Assembly: GCF_006345805.1 (NCBI RefSeq) | Contig: NC_043001.1 | Span: forward strand, 80,228,001 to 80,292,000 | Source of the DNA: Octopus sinensis | Lineage: Eukaryota | DNA length: 64,000 nt | Reading direction: 5' to 3' | In this document: piece after piece, positions 27,953 to 40,070 of the stretch | Layout of the letters: every line of letters begins with the position of its first letter | Position numbering within the stretch: position 1 is the stretch's first letter | Notes under the pieces: generated by a model | Database searches by the model: none | Told to the model about the DNA's origin: nothing | The model's input: only the letters and a program-made list of their open reading frames with translations | Made by a program: the position numbers and the translations under genes

Positions 27953-28680
27953 CTCGCAAACTCACACACATATATATATATATATGAAATAAAGGGAGAT
28001 CGCTAGTTACTCAAATTTTGAGCTAGGAAATTTATCCTGTAACACCATTTTTAATTTCTCTAGCATTTAACAACATTTCGTGAGTATTATATAGTTTTTA
28101 TACACCTTATATTTTAAATACAAACTATTTTTTCTTCGAACACCGGAAATTATATCCCAACTAATTTAATTCCTAAATAACACCAATGTTACTCATCCAA
28201 TCTTTATTTACATTTTCCAATATAATTCTTGTATATTACACCCCTCACGACAAGCTACATCCGTCTTTCTACCACCTCACTCAGATAAACCTTTACAACT
28301 ATAAATATAATACATTTTTTTTTTTTATGAATTTGATGCTTTAGTAGCACTTTAACGTTCAATGTTAGCTTAATTTTAAACGATAAATTTCTAATCACAT
28401 GAACTCTGCGTCTTTCGAAGTACTTTGTTTACATTTGTAAATTCTTAAACACAGTCTTCAAATAAGTCATTTCGTAACTCAAGACTAAATTATACTTATT
28501 TTTTCCTGAAGATATCTAACAATATACCGCATATTACATCTTTAAAAGTTAAAATTATTGATGATTATTGATGATTCATTTATGCTTGTTCTTATAAGTG
28601 TATATTTTAGCCTTTTAATTTGCATTACTTTTCCTTTTGTAATACAAATAAAATGAACCAAGCATCTTTTTAATTTTTTT
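27241..28680 (-). pseudogene. Very AT-rich decayed coding-like segment, possibly a Penelope-type RT remnant
   Basis: Ordered weak motif echoes on the minus strand: LYLKYKVYKN, MSFDI, FKKYIDLGFI. Many stops. Confidence 0.25.
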
Positions 28681-29805
28681 CCTTCTCCATTTTCTTTTAC
28701 TGATTTTTTAATCAATATATATATATATATATTATATAGATATATATATATATTATTGTTATTGTATGTATATATGCATGTATGTATATATATATAATAT
28801 ATGCATATATCTGTATAGATAATATGTATGTGTTCTATACGCGCGTGTATGCATATATATATATATATATAATTAATTAATCAATTTTTGCAGGATCTAT
28901 TTCAATCAAAGTATATTCTTTATGAGGCAAAACTTAAATGTTAAAAATTGGATTTAGATTTTTATTCACCCGAAGAAATTTTTTTTTTCTTTATAAAGTA
29001 ATAAATTTGTTCCTCAATAAAAAAAAACGCGTCCGAAACAGCTGTAGTGTATCTTAACTCATTTCTGTTCTTTCCTAAATGTGTGCGTGTCTGTATGTGT
29101 GTGTGTGTGTACATCCACACGCACATTTTTGATCCGCACAAATATATTAATACCAAAAAGAATATACATAATAAACACACGTTAACCAACAGAAAATTTC
29201 AGGCGGGATCCGCGAAGAAGACACTTCGCGCTCTAACTCCTTATTTTACCATGTGAATACGGAACGTAAAACGAGGTTCTGCGAAAACTTTCAAGGTATT
29301 CGGTCCATTGGTGTACCGTTTCTGCCAATAAATCTCATTCTTTGATTTAGAGAAATGTTTCTTTACATTTCGTACAATTTGCATAGAATCACTTAACCCA
29401 GTGGATTGCCTTAGCAGCATCAAATAATAAAAGCAACGGCAATTTTAATGTTGCAGAAACTCCGTGTGTTTTCAATCGGTAAGGCAAGTGTTGGTTCTAT
29501 ATAAGTGCATATATAAAAATACATGCATATACAAAAACGGTAAAGTATAAATGAACATATACATAAAACATACAGGCAAATATGTGTGTGTGTGTGTTTG
29601 TGTACGTGTGTTTGTATGCGTGTGTATATGTGTGTGCGTATGTCTGTATATATACATGCATATATATTATATATATAATATATATATATATAAACTAGAC
29701 ATATATGTATACACACTTATATATATACACACACAAACATGCATATTCACATACATAAAATTATACACAAATATACATGTATACATTTATATACACATTC
29801 ATACA

Positions 29806-29861
<56 letters not shown>

Positions 29862-30034
29862 TACATGCATGCATGCATACGTACATATGTGTGTGTGTGA
29901 ATGTATGTAGTATGTGTGTGTATATATGTAAATATGCATGCATATATATTTATATATGTACGCACGCATATATGTACATACATAAACTCATACATTTATA
30001 CCAATTCAAAAGTTACGTGTGTGTGTGCGTGTAC

Positions 30035-30084
<50 letters not shown>

Positions 30085-30922
30085 TCTCACTCTCAACATC
30101 ACTACGCTACGCTCGGAACTTTCCGTTCAACTCAGTTTCCGGTGAATGATTTCTCGCTTGTTATCGTGAGAAAACCTGTTAAAATCTCTAGCCTTTGGAT
30201 CCATCATTCATCCTCCCAGCTTACCAGCATTGCTTCTTTTACAGAAGAATGGTTTAAAATGGCTGTACGATGGAGCTTGCGCAGGCTGGTGGAACTGGTA
30301 TTTAAATGTAAAGATAACTTGGTCGAGGAATAAGTGCCTTGGAAATTTGTGTTGTGTTTTTTCCAATAACTATTCTCCCATCTTCTTCTGATAGTTATCG
30401 ACTTGCTGTTTCTATAATCACATATCGAGCATGTTTTTACAATCGTTTCTTAATGATTCGATAAGTACTTGACATCTTTGATCCATTCATTCATTTATCT
30501 AATCCTTTATTCATTCTGTTATTTTTTATTCCGTTATTCATTCTTTCATTGTTTGCATGCTGGTTTGTGGCCACACGCTCCCATTCTGATGGTTTATTTA
30601 ATGTAATTTTATTTCATGCTTTCTCTAATGTTAGTTTATTTCTTGACATTTTTAACCTCCCACTTCTAACTACAATTAAAGGAAGACTTGAATGTCTTTT
30701 CGTTTATCCTTTTTTTAAAATTGTATTTGTTTCAGTCTTCGAACTGTGGCCATATTGGAGTACCGCCTTGAAAGGTTTAGTACAAGACCCCCCCCCCTAA
30801 CAAATCGACCTCAGGGCTTATTCTTTGTAAATCCAGTAGTTATTTTATCGGTCTCAATCTATCGATTGTCAAGCGATAGTGAAGGGACAAACAGATACAA
30901 AGCCACACGTTAATATATGTAC

Positions 30923-30974
<52 letters not shown>

Positions 30975-31293
30975 GACAGGCTTATTTTAGTTTCCGTCTG
31001 TTAAATCCACTCAGAAGGCTCAGGTCGGCCCAAGGCTATATTAGACGACACTTTCCCATGGTGCCACGCAGTGGGACTAAACCCAGAACCATGAGGTTTG
31101 GAAGCAAGCTTCTAACCACTTACCTAAGCCTGCGCCTCTATATATTGTAAATAGGTAGGGTAAAATTCCAGCTGATTCTACCGAACCAAAAGTGGATGTC
31201 TTGTTAGAAGGCTGAATACTGCGATATTAGACTTGAGAGATCTTCTCCTATAGGCGCATAGGGCGTAAAATCAGAGATATAAATCTTAGATGA

Positions 31294-31497
31294 GAATCTT
31301 CTGTTATGGGCGCTTTAGACTGATAGATCACGTGATTTCAGTCAACTGAACTTCCTTCGTAGCAGGCGTCCGGTCACCGCATACCGCGGCAGTGTGGTTT
31401 GGCTGCTATCCGGTGACCAGACGCTTGTCACTGAGGAAGTCTAGGGACGTAAAATCACGTGATCTGGCAGTTCTAGTACCCATAACAAACGATTTTC
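31294..31497. repeat. Imperfect palindrome made of two degenerate head-to-head HHR copies
   Basis: agatcacgtgattt / aaatcacgtgatct, cggtcaccg / cggtgacc and gttatggg / cccataac pair symmetrically. Confidence 0.75.
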
Positions 31498-31809
31498 GAC
31501 CACTATGATTTATGTCTCTTCATTTATGCACTATGCACCTATATGAGAGGGCCTCTCAAGGCTAATACAGTAGTATACAGCGTTCTAATAAGATATTCAC
31601 GTTAAGTCCTATATAAAGATAGCTCTTTGGTACTAGTATCGCTTCTATCGATAATTATATCATAATAAAAATAATAATCATACGACTCGTGCACCATTCA
31701 ACATCTTCATGACTGCAAGCTTCAACTTCAAAGGAAGTCTACATCTGGCCTTCATTTCATACTATGCTTGTTGCTTTGTTGTCTTTGAAATAGCACGCAA
31801 ATCCGTCTG

Positions 31810-31916
<107 letters not shown>

Positions 31917-31952
31917 CTAAATAAATAAATAAATAAATAATATATATATATA

Positions 31953-32156
31953 TGATTATCGCGGGTGTTACGTTCCAAAACCGCACGCGAAGTAGAAGCA
32001 GTACTGTTCTGTACATTTTTCAATCATTTTTTATAATTTGTATATATTTTATTATAAATGCAAAACAACACCACAGAAGAATCGACGTAAGCTTGAATAA
32101 TAAACCACGATTGGTGAACCGCGATTGATGAATCGCGATATGGTGAGGGATTACTG
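31953..32156. mobile_element. Tigger/pogo-like MITE remnant
   Basis: Right end 'gaatcgcgatatggtgagggattactg' is the reverse complement of a CAGTAATCCCTC-type TIR. Left part 'tatcgcgggtgttacgttccaaaacc' has lost its TIR. Confidence 0.55.
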
Positions 32157-32559
32157 AGTGATTGTGTGTGTGTGTGTGTGTGTGTATAAACACAAAAGAA
32201 ATGGAACAAGAACGCAACATACGACAATAAAACATCCGGACAGATTGACGATACAAAGAAGGACAGGAAAAAAACAAGACCGGGCCATTCGTAGCCTTCT
32301 CTCCTCAGTCTAGTTTCCACATTATCCTTACAGTTTCGGTCGGTTGCACTTGACACTGTTCAAGTCTGGCTGGCTCCAAAAATCTAAGCTAAGCGCATTT
32401 GGGGAGAAAGCAAGCGAATGTGTACGACAACAAAGAACCCCCCTCCAAAAAAAAAAAACGAAAAACATGTTACACAAGAAAATAACAGCATAAAGTGTGC
32501 TACATAATAGAAGGGAAGATTAGGTACATTCACTATATCCCCTTATTTCTAACTTTATT

Positions 32560-32800
32560 TTCATGGAGCCCCAGGATTGATGAGGCCAGTATTCTACCCA
32601 ATTTTCATAGCATGTGAGTTACTCAGATTAGTAAACGACCCACTAAACAGGGGTTCATTTCCTAGATATAACTGGAACTCATTTACAGCTGTGTGAGCTG
32701 GATCAAACTGAAATGAAGCATTATGTTCAAGAACACAACATAGCGTCTGGTCCGAGAATCGAAACTACGTTCTTACGCCTTTGAGGTCCAACACCTTAAT
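32560..32800 (-). mobile_element. CORE-type SINE remnant
   Basis: 'actcatttacagctgtgtgagctggatcaaactgaaatgaagcattatgttcaagaacacaac' is a reverse CORE-like block, followed by a reverse tRNA-like head. Confidence 0.55.
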
Positions 32801-32807
32801 CACTCTC

Positions 32808-33187
32808 TTGTACTCTTTTACTTGTTTCAGTCATTTGACTGCGGCCATACTGGAGCACCGCCCTTAGTCGAGCAAATTGACCCCAGGACTTATTCTTTTG
32901 CCGAACCGCTAAGTTACGGGGACGTATACACACAAGCATCGCTTGTCAAGCGACGTTGAGGGGACAAACACAGACACACAAACATATACACACACATAAA
33001 TATATATATGTACATATATACATATATATACGACGGGCTTCTTTCAGTTTCCGTCTACCAAATCCATTCACAAGGCTTTGCTCGGCCCGAGGCTATAATA
33101 GAAGACACTTTCCCAAGGTGCCACGCAGTGGGACTGAACCCGGAACCATGTGGTTCGTAAGCAAGCTACTTACCACACAGCCACTGC
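32808..33187 (-). mobile_element. SINE family A, near full length
   Basis: Reverse complement of 47572-47995 from tail to head. Confidence 0.85.
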
Positions 33188-34659
33188 TACGCCAAGATAC
33201 CTTAATTTTTTTTTTTTTAATAGATGACCTAAAATTGCCGGTTGCAAATGTTCCTTGATTTAAAGTGTACTCAAGAGAGTTGATGCTCTAACAATACTGA
33301 GAAAACTGTCAGCCAATCAAATTACAGAGTGAGGAGTAGGATCAACCTGCTTGTCCACTTCACAGAATTGTCTATTTCCTGCAATCTTCCAGACGAGATA
33401 AAAATCTTAATATGCTATTGCAAATGAAAAATGAATAATTTCTTAAACTCATCACAGGGGCACGATATCTATGCCTTTAATGCATTTGCAGTGGCAGCAT
33501 ATGGTTTGGCTGTATTATTATACTGGAACGTAACACACCTAGACCTTATTGACAATAATATGACAAACCAACTAACAAAAACATCGCATACTATACAATA
33601 AGTTTCACACCCGATATCTCCCACTCATAACCTTAAATTGTTGGATAGGTGATTATTGAGCGCAAAGGAAGAATTTAAGAAGGCAATCATTAATGTTACC
33701 CACTATGTTTCTATCTCACAAGAATGTCTTGTTGATTATGATCGTACAAAAGTGGAAAATCAATTATCACCGCAGCGACGAAATTCGACCGAAATTGGAT
33801 TACATTTCGAACAAACAAGTAATGTGTAAGCCTAAAGTAGCAGCAATAACGGAGATGTTGATGACGCATAACTTAACCATGGTAAATTGCCAGCTATAAA
33901 GGTATGCTTTACATGGCCAACACTTCCGAGAACTATTTGGTCCAAAAATAAATTAAAAGTAACAAAATAGTTTAGCCATAGGCGTAATAAAGTGGTCAGA
34001 AACTTGCTGCTATCCGCAAGGTTCCGAGAACTATTTTGTCCAAATATAAATTTAAAATAACAAAATATATTAGCTAAGGTTCCGAGTTCGGTCTCATTGC
34101 ATGGCACCTTGGTCAAGTGACTTTTTATTGTTTCTCCGCGCCGGCTAAAACATCGTGAGTGGATTTGGTGGACGGAAACTGACAGAAACTCATAGGCTAG
34201 ATATATGTATACATAGTAAGTATATATATAGAATATGTAGTTTGGATATGTGTATATATAGTATGTATGTATGTTGCTTTATTATAAAAGCAAACATTAA
34301 TATTTGCTTTTATAAATACAGACAATTTTACATTAAACCGAAGGATTATTCAGCCATAATATTATCGACAGTTACTTCGAAGATTCGGTCAGCTAAGCCA
34401 TCATTGATGACTATTTTTTATGGTGACGTTAAACAAACCAACACTGGGAACATAAACAAACCAACACTGGTTGTCAAGTGATAGAGAAGCACAAACGCAA
34501 AGCAAATAAACACACATATTCATATATACACACACTCACACATATAATACACATACACACATATATACACACACACATATACACACACACACGAACAACA
34601 TACTCGCACGCGCGCACATACATATATATGTATACGAAGAAAAGTAACGACGTTTCTTT

Positions 34660-34832
34660 CTGATAGGACCCCATAGAAGAGGTGCCTGAGGTCTCTATCC
34701 CCGCAACCCGCCAAGGAAAAATGCACTGAGAAAATGGGTGGATGGATGGATTGATGGATGGATTGATGGATGGATGGATGGATGGATGGATGGATGGATG
34801 ATGGATGGATGGATGGATGGATGGATGGATGG
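34660..34832 (+). mobile_element. 3' end of an RTE/Expander-like retroposon with (GGAT)n tail
   Basis: 'ccccgcaacccgccaagg...gagaaaatgggtggatggatgg' followed by (GGAT)n, resembling RTE-type termini. From recall, not searched. Confidence 0.4.
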
Positions 34833-34969
34833 TAGTCAAGGAGTTGGGTTTCTCGTCCATAAGTGACACGGCTTGTGTGACTCACAATCACTTCAGCAAC
34901 AATAATGACAGATTTGTAATCTCTCATTACTTTCATAAATGTTCCACCCACACCACCATCGATTTGTTC

Positions 34970-35288
34970 CCCCTTAACTTTCAGGAAAATGGCTATTTTT
35001 TAATGAAATTTTCTGAAAATACCTTTCAGATGGTGTACATTACGATTATATCGGAATTTAATGTGAAAAATAAATGGTGGGTGCATGCACATATATACTG
35101 ACACGCATCAAATAATTTTTTTTTTTCAAAATTTCAAGTCTCATTTTGTAGTTATATATGTGCACGCCCAACAAGTAATTTTTTTCTTTAACATTATATT
35201 CCGCTATAATCGTAATCTACATCACTTGAAAGGCTTTTATTGAAAATTTCATTTAAAAATATCTAATTTTCTTTTTAAAGTTATGAGG
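34970..35288. repeat. Inverted repeat with about 100-125-bp arms, probably a non-autonomous DNA transposon remnant
   Basis: 34995-35092 ('aatgaaattttctg...cattacgattatatcggaat...gtgcatgcac') is the reverse complement of 35159-35262. Confidence 0.65.
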
Positions 35289-35409
35289 AAACAAAATCGG
35301 GGGCGGCACACTTGTGTAGGTATACCTGTATAAGAGAGGAATGCATAGCGTTTGTAAATATTGTCAATGCATTCTCATACAGTATTTGTAAACCTTGAAT
35401 ATTTGTATA

Positions 35410-36337
35410 TACGAGATGGTAGCAAAAAGTTCTCGGACTAGTTTTGTAGCGCACCAATCGATGGCAGCACACAGTTACGTGCACAGTGAGAACTAGCAGT
35501 GATCTTCATGAGGCAGTGTACCGAGTGGCATCTCTGTATTTACTTTACAAGTTCTGAAATTTGTGTTTTTGTGATAACGTGTATGCTGCAGTGTGCGATT
35601 TTGTCATGGACAGGAAGTTGGAACAAAGAGCTAACGTGAAATTTTGCGTTAAACTTGGGGAATCTTCTACAGAGATACTCAGCATGTTTCGGTAAGCTTA
35701 CGGCGACGAGGCAATGGGTCATATGCAATATTTAGAGTGGCATGGGCGCTTTTATAGCGGAAGAACTTCCCTGGAAGACGATGAGCGATCTGGAAAACCT
35801 GCCACGAACTCCATTCCCGGAGATGTGGTATTATACTTCACAAATTCTTTCTCCAGGGCCAGATTGTCGATCGAAAGTTTTGCTGTGACGTTTTGAAGCT
35901 CTTCAGGGAGGACATTCGATGAATGCGACCGGATCTGTGGAGCTTGAAGAATTGGCGACAAAGCACCCTATCACCGACCTCTCCTCACTCGTGAGTTTCT
36001 CGCCAAAAACAAAGTGGTATCTCTTCAATATCCGCTCTATTCGCAAAATTAAGCACTTGCGGACTTCCATCTCTTCACCAAGATGAATATGCAGCTCAAA
36101 GGTCGATGTTTTTACGCCGTTGTCGAGATCCAGGGCGAATCGGAGAAGGTCCTCGATTCGCTTACAGAAAACTTCTCGGCCGGATTCCAAAGGTGGTAGG
36201 AACGTTGGTACCGGTGTATTACTGTGCATGGTGACTCTTTTGAAGGAGATGATCTTAAAATAATGTTTAATGGAAAGTCAATAATTTTTTATTAAACATA
36301 ACTAGTCCGTACGGGAATCTTTCGATACCACTTCATA
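35410..36337 (+). mobile_element. Mariner transposon, internally deleted and inactive
   Basis: TA-flanked TIR 'cgagatggtagcaaaaagttctcggactag' and a degenerate right TIR. ATG at 35606 gives MDRKLEQRANVKFCVKLG...EDDERSGKP, then GIILHKFF..., DKAPYH, YPLYSQN (YSPDL equivalent). The segment with WVPHxL and the first catalytic D is deleted. Confidence 0.9.
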
Positions 36338-36975
36338 TCTTTCCCGAGGTGTACATAATTTGTTCAGAAACAATCATGTCTTGGGTGTATTTACAAAATC
36401 ATAAAACAATAACGATGGTTTATATAATGTATAACAAAGGAATAAAGGAGAATATTAGTTAGGGGTCAGGAAGGGTTGATTTAAATCTGTCCCGGTAGTT
36501 GGGTGATATTTTAGTTCAAATGTCAATATTATTGACATTTGAACTCAAAACTTAACGAAAGTAACGGAAGAAAATTCCCTAAAGCAAACTTAAACTTATC
36601 TGGAAAACACTTAATCTCTCCCGCTCTGTGTATATATTTCTCTTTGTGTGTGTGTATCCTCTCTTTGCTCACTCTCGCTTTCGCTCTTTGTTTGTCTGAC
36701 TCCCTCTGTCTCTCTCTTACGCTCTCTCCCTACCCCACTTGCTATATATATATTTATATATATATATATAATATGTATATGTATTCTTTTATTCTTTTAC
36801 TTTTCTTTTACTCTTTATTTGCTTCAGTCATTTTAACTGCGGCCATGCTGGAGCACCGATGTATGTATGTATATCTTTGTTTTGGAAAATTCCTGATGTG
36901 AAATCGTGTTAAAACAGATATTGCTATATTTCAAGAAAAATTATGGCCATCTCCAATATAACTATATTTATATAT

Positions 36976-37021
<46 letters not shown>

Positions 37022-37137
37022 CGATTTAGGAGTGACCCCAACAGGTCACTCGTCAACAGAAAGAGCAGCCATAACTCACACCGCCAAGTATTATTAATTC
37101 AGAAATAGGTGAAATTAAAAACATTTACCCTAATTCA

Positions 37138-37237
37138 TCTTTTAGACGTTGCAACGTTTCTGTGTCATTAATGATTAAATTAGCTAATTAAATTAAATTA
37201 AGCCAATCTACCATAGGTTACACTTCATCAGTAAAGA
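37138..37237 (-). ncRNA. Type I hammerhead ribozyme motif, unit 1
   Basis: Reverse complement: tcttta CTGATGA a gtgt...acac a GAAA cgttgcaacg UC taaaaga. Cleavage C at 37145. Confidence 0.8.
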
Positions 37238-37605
37238 CCTGGGAGAGACAAATATACACGAGGCGTCTGTATCGAAGCCTAGGGATATCTGACTTAAAAT
37301 TTTCAGACTGACGTATTCGCGCCAAACTTATCAACAGTAAATATAAACTGCCGATTCAATCTCAGAATTATTCAGAAAATTATCAATTAGTCAATTTAGG
37401 GTAGCAAAAAAATTCAATAGAAATTTATCGCAACCAGCGGCTGGTGAAAAAGAGAAAATAGTCATCGACTAAATATATAAAATAACGATTTAGGAGTGAC
37501 CCCAACAGGTCACTCGTCACCAGAAAGAGCAGCCATAACTCACACCGCCAAGTAGTTATTAATTCAGAAATTAGGTGAAAATTTAAAAACATTTACCCTA
37601 ATTCA

Positions 37606-37704
37606 TCTTTTAGACGTTGCAACGTTTCTGTGTCATTAATGATTAATTAGCTTAATTAAATTAAATAAGCCAATCTACCATAGGTTACACTTCATCAGTA
37701 AAGA
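37606..37704 (-). ncRNA. Type I hammerhead ribozyme motif, unit 2
   Basis: tcatcag at 37692-37698; cleavage C at 37613. Confidence 0.8.
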
Positions 37705-38070
37705 CCTGGAGAGACAAATACACGAGGCGTCTGTATCGAAGCCTACGGGATATCTGACTTAAAATTTTCAAGACTGAGTATTCGCGCCAAACTTATCAAC
37801 AGTAAATATAAACTGCCGATTCAATCTCAGAATTATTCAGAAAATTATCAATTAGTCAATTTAGGGTAGCAAAAAAATTCAATAGAAATTTATCGCAACC
37901 AGCGGCCTGGTGAAAAAGAGAAAATAGTCATCGACTAAATATATAAATAAATAAATTTAGGAGTGACCCCAACAGGTCACTCGTCCACCAGAAAGAGCAG
38001 CCATAACTCACACCGCCAGTATTATAATTCAGAAATTAGGTGAAAATTTAAAAACATTTACCCTAATTCA

Positions 38071-38170
38071 TCTTTTAGACGTTGCAACGTTTCTGTGTCA
38101 TTAATGATTAAATTAGCTTAATTAAATTAAATTAAGCCAATCTACCATAGGTACACTTCATCAGTAAAGA
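38071..38170 (-). ncRNA. Type I hammerhead ribozyme motif, unit 3
   Basis: tcatcag at 38158-38164; cleavage C at 38078. Confidence 0.8.
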
Positions 38171-38514
38171 CCTGGGAGAGACAAAATTACACGAGGCGTC
38201 TGTATCGAAGCCTACGGGATATCTGACTTAAAATTTTCAAGACTGACGGTTACTCCTAAATCGTTATATTTATATATTTAGTCGATGACTATTTTCTCTT
38301 TTTCACCAGGCCGCTGGTTGCGATAAATTTCTATTGAATTTTTTTGCTACCCTAAATTGACTAATTGATAATTTTCTGAATAATTCTGAGATTGAATCGG
38401 CAGTTTATATTTACTGTTGATAAGTTTGGCGCGAATACGTCAGTCTTGAAAATTTTAAGTCAGAATCCCGTAGGCTTCGATACAGACGCCTCGTGTATAT
38501 TTGTCTCTCCCAGG

Positions 38515-38616
38515 TCTTTACTGATGAAGTGTAACCTATGGTAGATTGGCTTAATTTATTTTTAATTAAGCTAATTTAATCATTAATGACACAGAAACGT
38601 TGCAACGTCTAAAAGA
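38515..38616 (+). ncRNA. Type I hammerhead ribozyme motif, inverted unit
   Basis: CTGATGA 38521-38527; stem II gtgt/acac with an inner attggcttaatt/aattaagctaat helix; GAAA 38594-38597; palindrome cgttgcaacg; GUC with C at 38609. Confidence 0.82.
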
Positions 38617-38850
38617 TGAATTAGGGTAAATGTTTTAAATTTTCACCTAATTTCTGAATTAATAATACTTGGCGGTGGAGTTATGGCTGCTCTTTCTGGT
38701 GGACGAGTGACCTGTTGGGGTCACTCCTAAATCGTTATATTTATATATTTAGTCGATGACTATTTTCTCTTTTTCACCAGGCCGCCGCTGGTTGCGATAA
38801 ATTTCTATTGAATTTTTTTGCTACCCTAAATTGACTAATATATATATATA

Positions 38851-38898
<48 letters not shown>

Positions 38899-38995
38899 CG
38901 GGAAAGTTTACGAAAATAAACAAAAGACGAATGCAGGTGGAGTACAAACAAACAAATGTATTAGTATAGCGCTCAGGAATAGAAATAGAAAAAGT

Positions 38996-39031
38996 CTTTT
39001 ACGTTTCGAGCCTACGCTCTTCAACAGAAAG
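38996..39031 (-). ncRNA. Minimal hammerhead motif with A6U core change, in a pLTR-like fragment (about 38898-39113)
   Basis: Reverse complement: cttt CTGTTGA a gagc-gtag-gctc GAAA cg UA aaag. Confidence 0.65.
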
Positions 39032-39257
39032 ATATACAGAAAAAAACAAATAGAGAAACAAGAAGAGAAAAAAAATGCATGTAGGAGCTACCGATCTATC
39101 ATGGCGTCCTGACCATATATGTATATATATGCATGTATGTATGTATGTATGTATGTTATGTATGTAGTATGTATGTATGTATGTATGTATATGATATTTT
39201 ATCATTATTATTATTATTATTATATTATTATTATTATATTATTATTTTATTATTATT

Positions 39258-39637
39258 TTCAGTAGTTTTATTTTTATAGCGTGCTTTCACTTCACTACCG
39301 AGCACAGCTCTGTGTGCCTTGGGTATGTGTGTGTGATTTGTTGTGATGCTCTGATGGTTATTGTATGGAAAGTGTTCTGCGTAGGATGTGTGCAGTGCCT
39401 AGTAGTGCAATTTTCTGTATGTTATATGTGTTTGTAAGTCCTGGGTTTGTTATGTATTTGTCTGAATATTTTTTTATCATGCCTAATGCACCTACTATGA
39501 TAGGAATTGTTTCTGTTTTCAGATTCCACATTCTAGTTACCTCTATTTCCAGGTCTTTCTATTTGAGAGTTTCTCCATTTCTTTTAGAGACACGTGTCAT
39601 CAGCCGGTATTGATACATCAATTAGAAAGCATTTTTT
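39258..39637 (-). mobile_element. R4/Dong-type element, 3'-terminal ~380 bp (family 2)
   Basis: Near-identical reverse complement of 14500-14880 (RLE C-terminus plus 3' UTR). (TTA)n on both sides. Confidence 0.9.
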
Positions 39638-39654
39638 AATTATTATTATTATTA

Positions 39655-39751
<97 letters not shown>

Positions 39752-39809
39752 TTATTATTTTATTATTATTATTATTCTTGTTGTTGTTATTATTGTATAT
39801 TTTCCAATG

Positions 39810-40070
39810 TGACTTTCTTAAGACAGAAGTGGGTGATCTGTCGGAACATTACGGTCATCTGTAGCCGATCCAGCGTGGACTCGCTCGGACATTAATAAAC
39901 TTGTGGATCGAAGTGTAGTGATTTGTACCGCTGATAGTTGTCTATGTTAAATCTAGGGTCAGATCTGAGTGAGCAGTTCTGTTACCATTGTCATTCCACG
40001 TAACTGTGTGCTGCCATCTATCGGTGCGCTACAAAACTAGTCCGAGAACTTTTTGATACCGTCTCGTATA
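39810..40070 (-). mobile_element. Mariner left-end derivative
   Basis: About 72 bp match the left end of the 35410 mariner (TIR at 40037-40068), followed by unrelated sequence. No second TIR seen. Confidence 0.6.

Larger units (their letters stand above)
37021..38838. repeat. ~466-bp Penelope-pLTR/retrozyme-like array: about 2.6 direct units, then about 1.3 inverted units
   Basis: Unit starts near 37021, 37485 and 37955; orientation flips at about 38248; (TA)n on both flanks; no ORF. Confidence 0.92.

Noticed and set aside
28170-28260. GIY-YIG motif (GVIYKNYIG) on the minus strand
   Set aside because: The spacing of 2 residues is far shorter than in GIY-YIG domains and it is flanked by stops.
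25560-28700. NUMT or mitochondrial control region
   Set aside because: AT-rich, but I found no mitochondrial tRNA, rRNA or gene sequence. The palindrome and pLTR-like motifs explain it better.
32200-32345. Hammerhead on the minus strand (ctaga CTGAGGA ... ccgg TC)
   Set aside because: The GAAA segment is absent; at best a deleted relic.
33440-33700. Additional R4/Dong fragment (NAFAVAAYG...YWNVTHLDLID)
   Set aside because: Too decayed to delimit or support by eye.
34660-34730. HDV-like ribozyme
   Set aside because: I could not assign the nested double pseudoknot; it is better explained as a retroposon 3' end with a (GGAT)n tail.
37021-38838. CRISPR array or chimeric long-read fold-back
   Set aside because: Units are ~466-bp full repeats with no spacers. 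The inversion joins different unit positions rather than mirroring at one point, although reads should still be checked.
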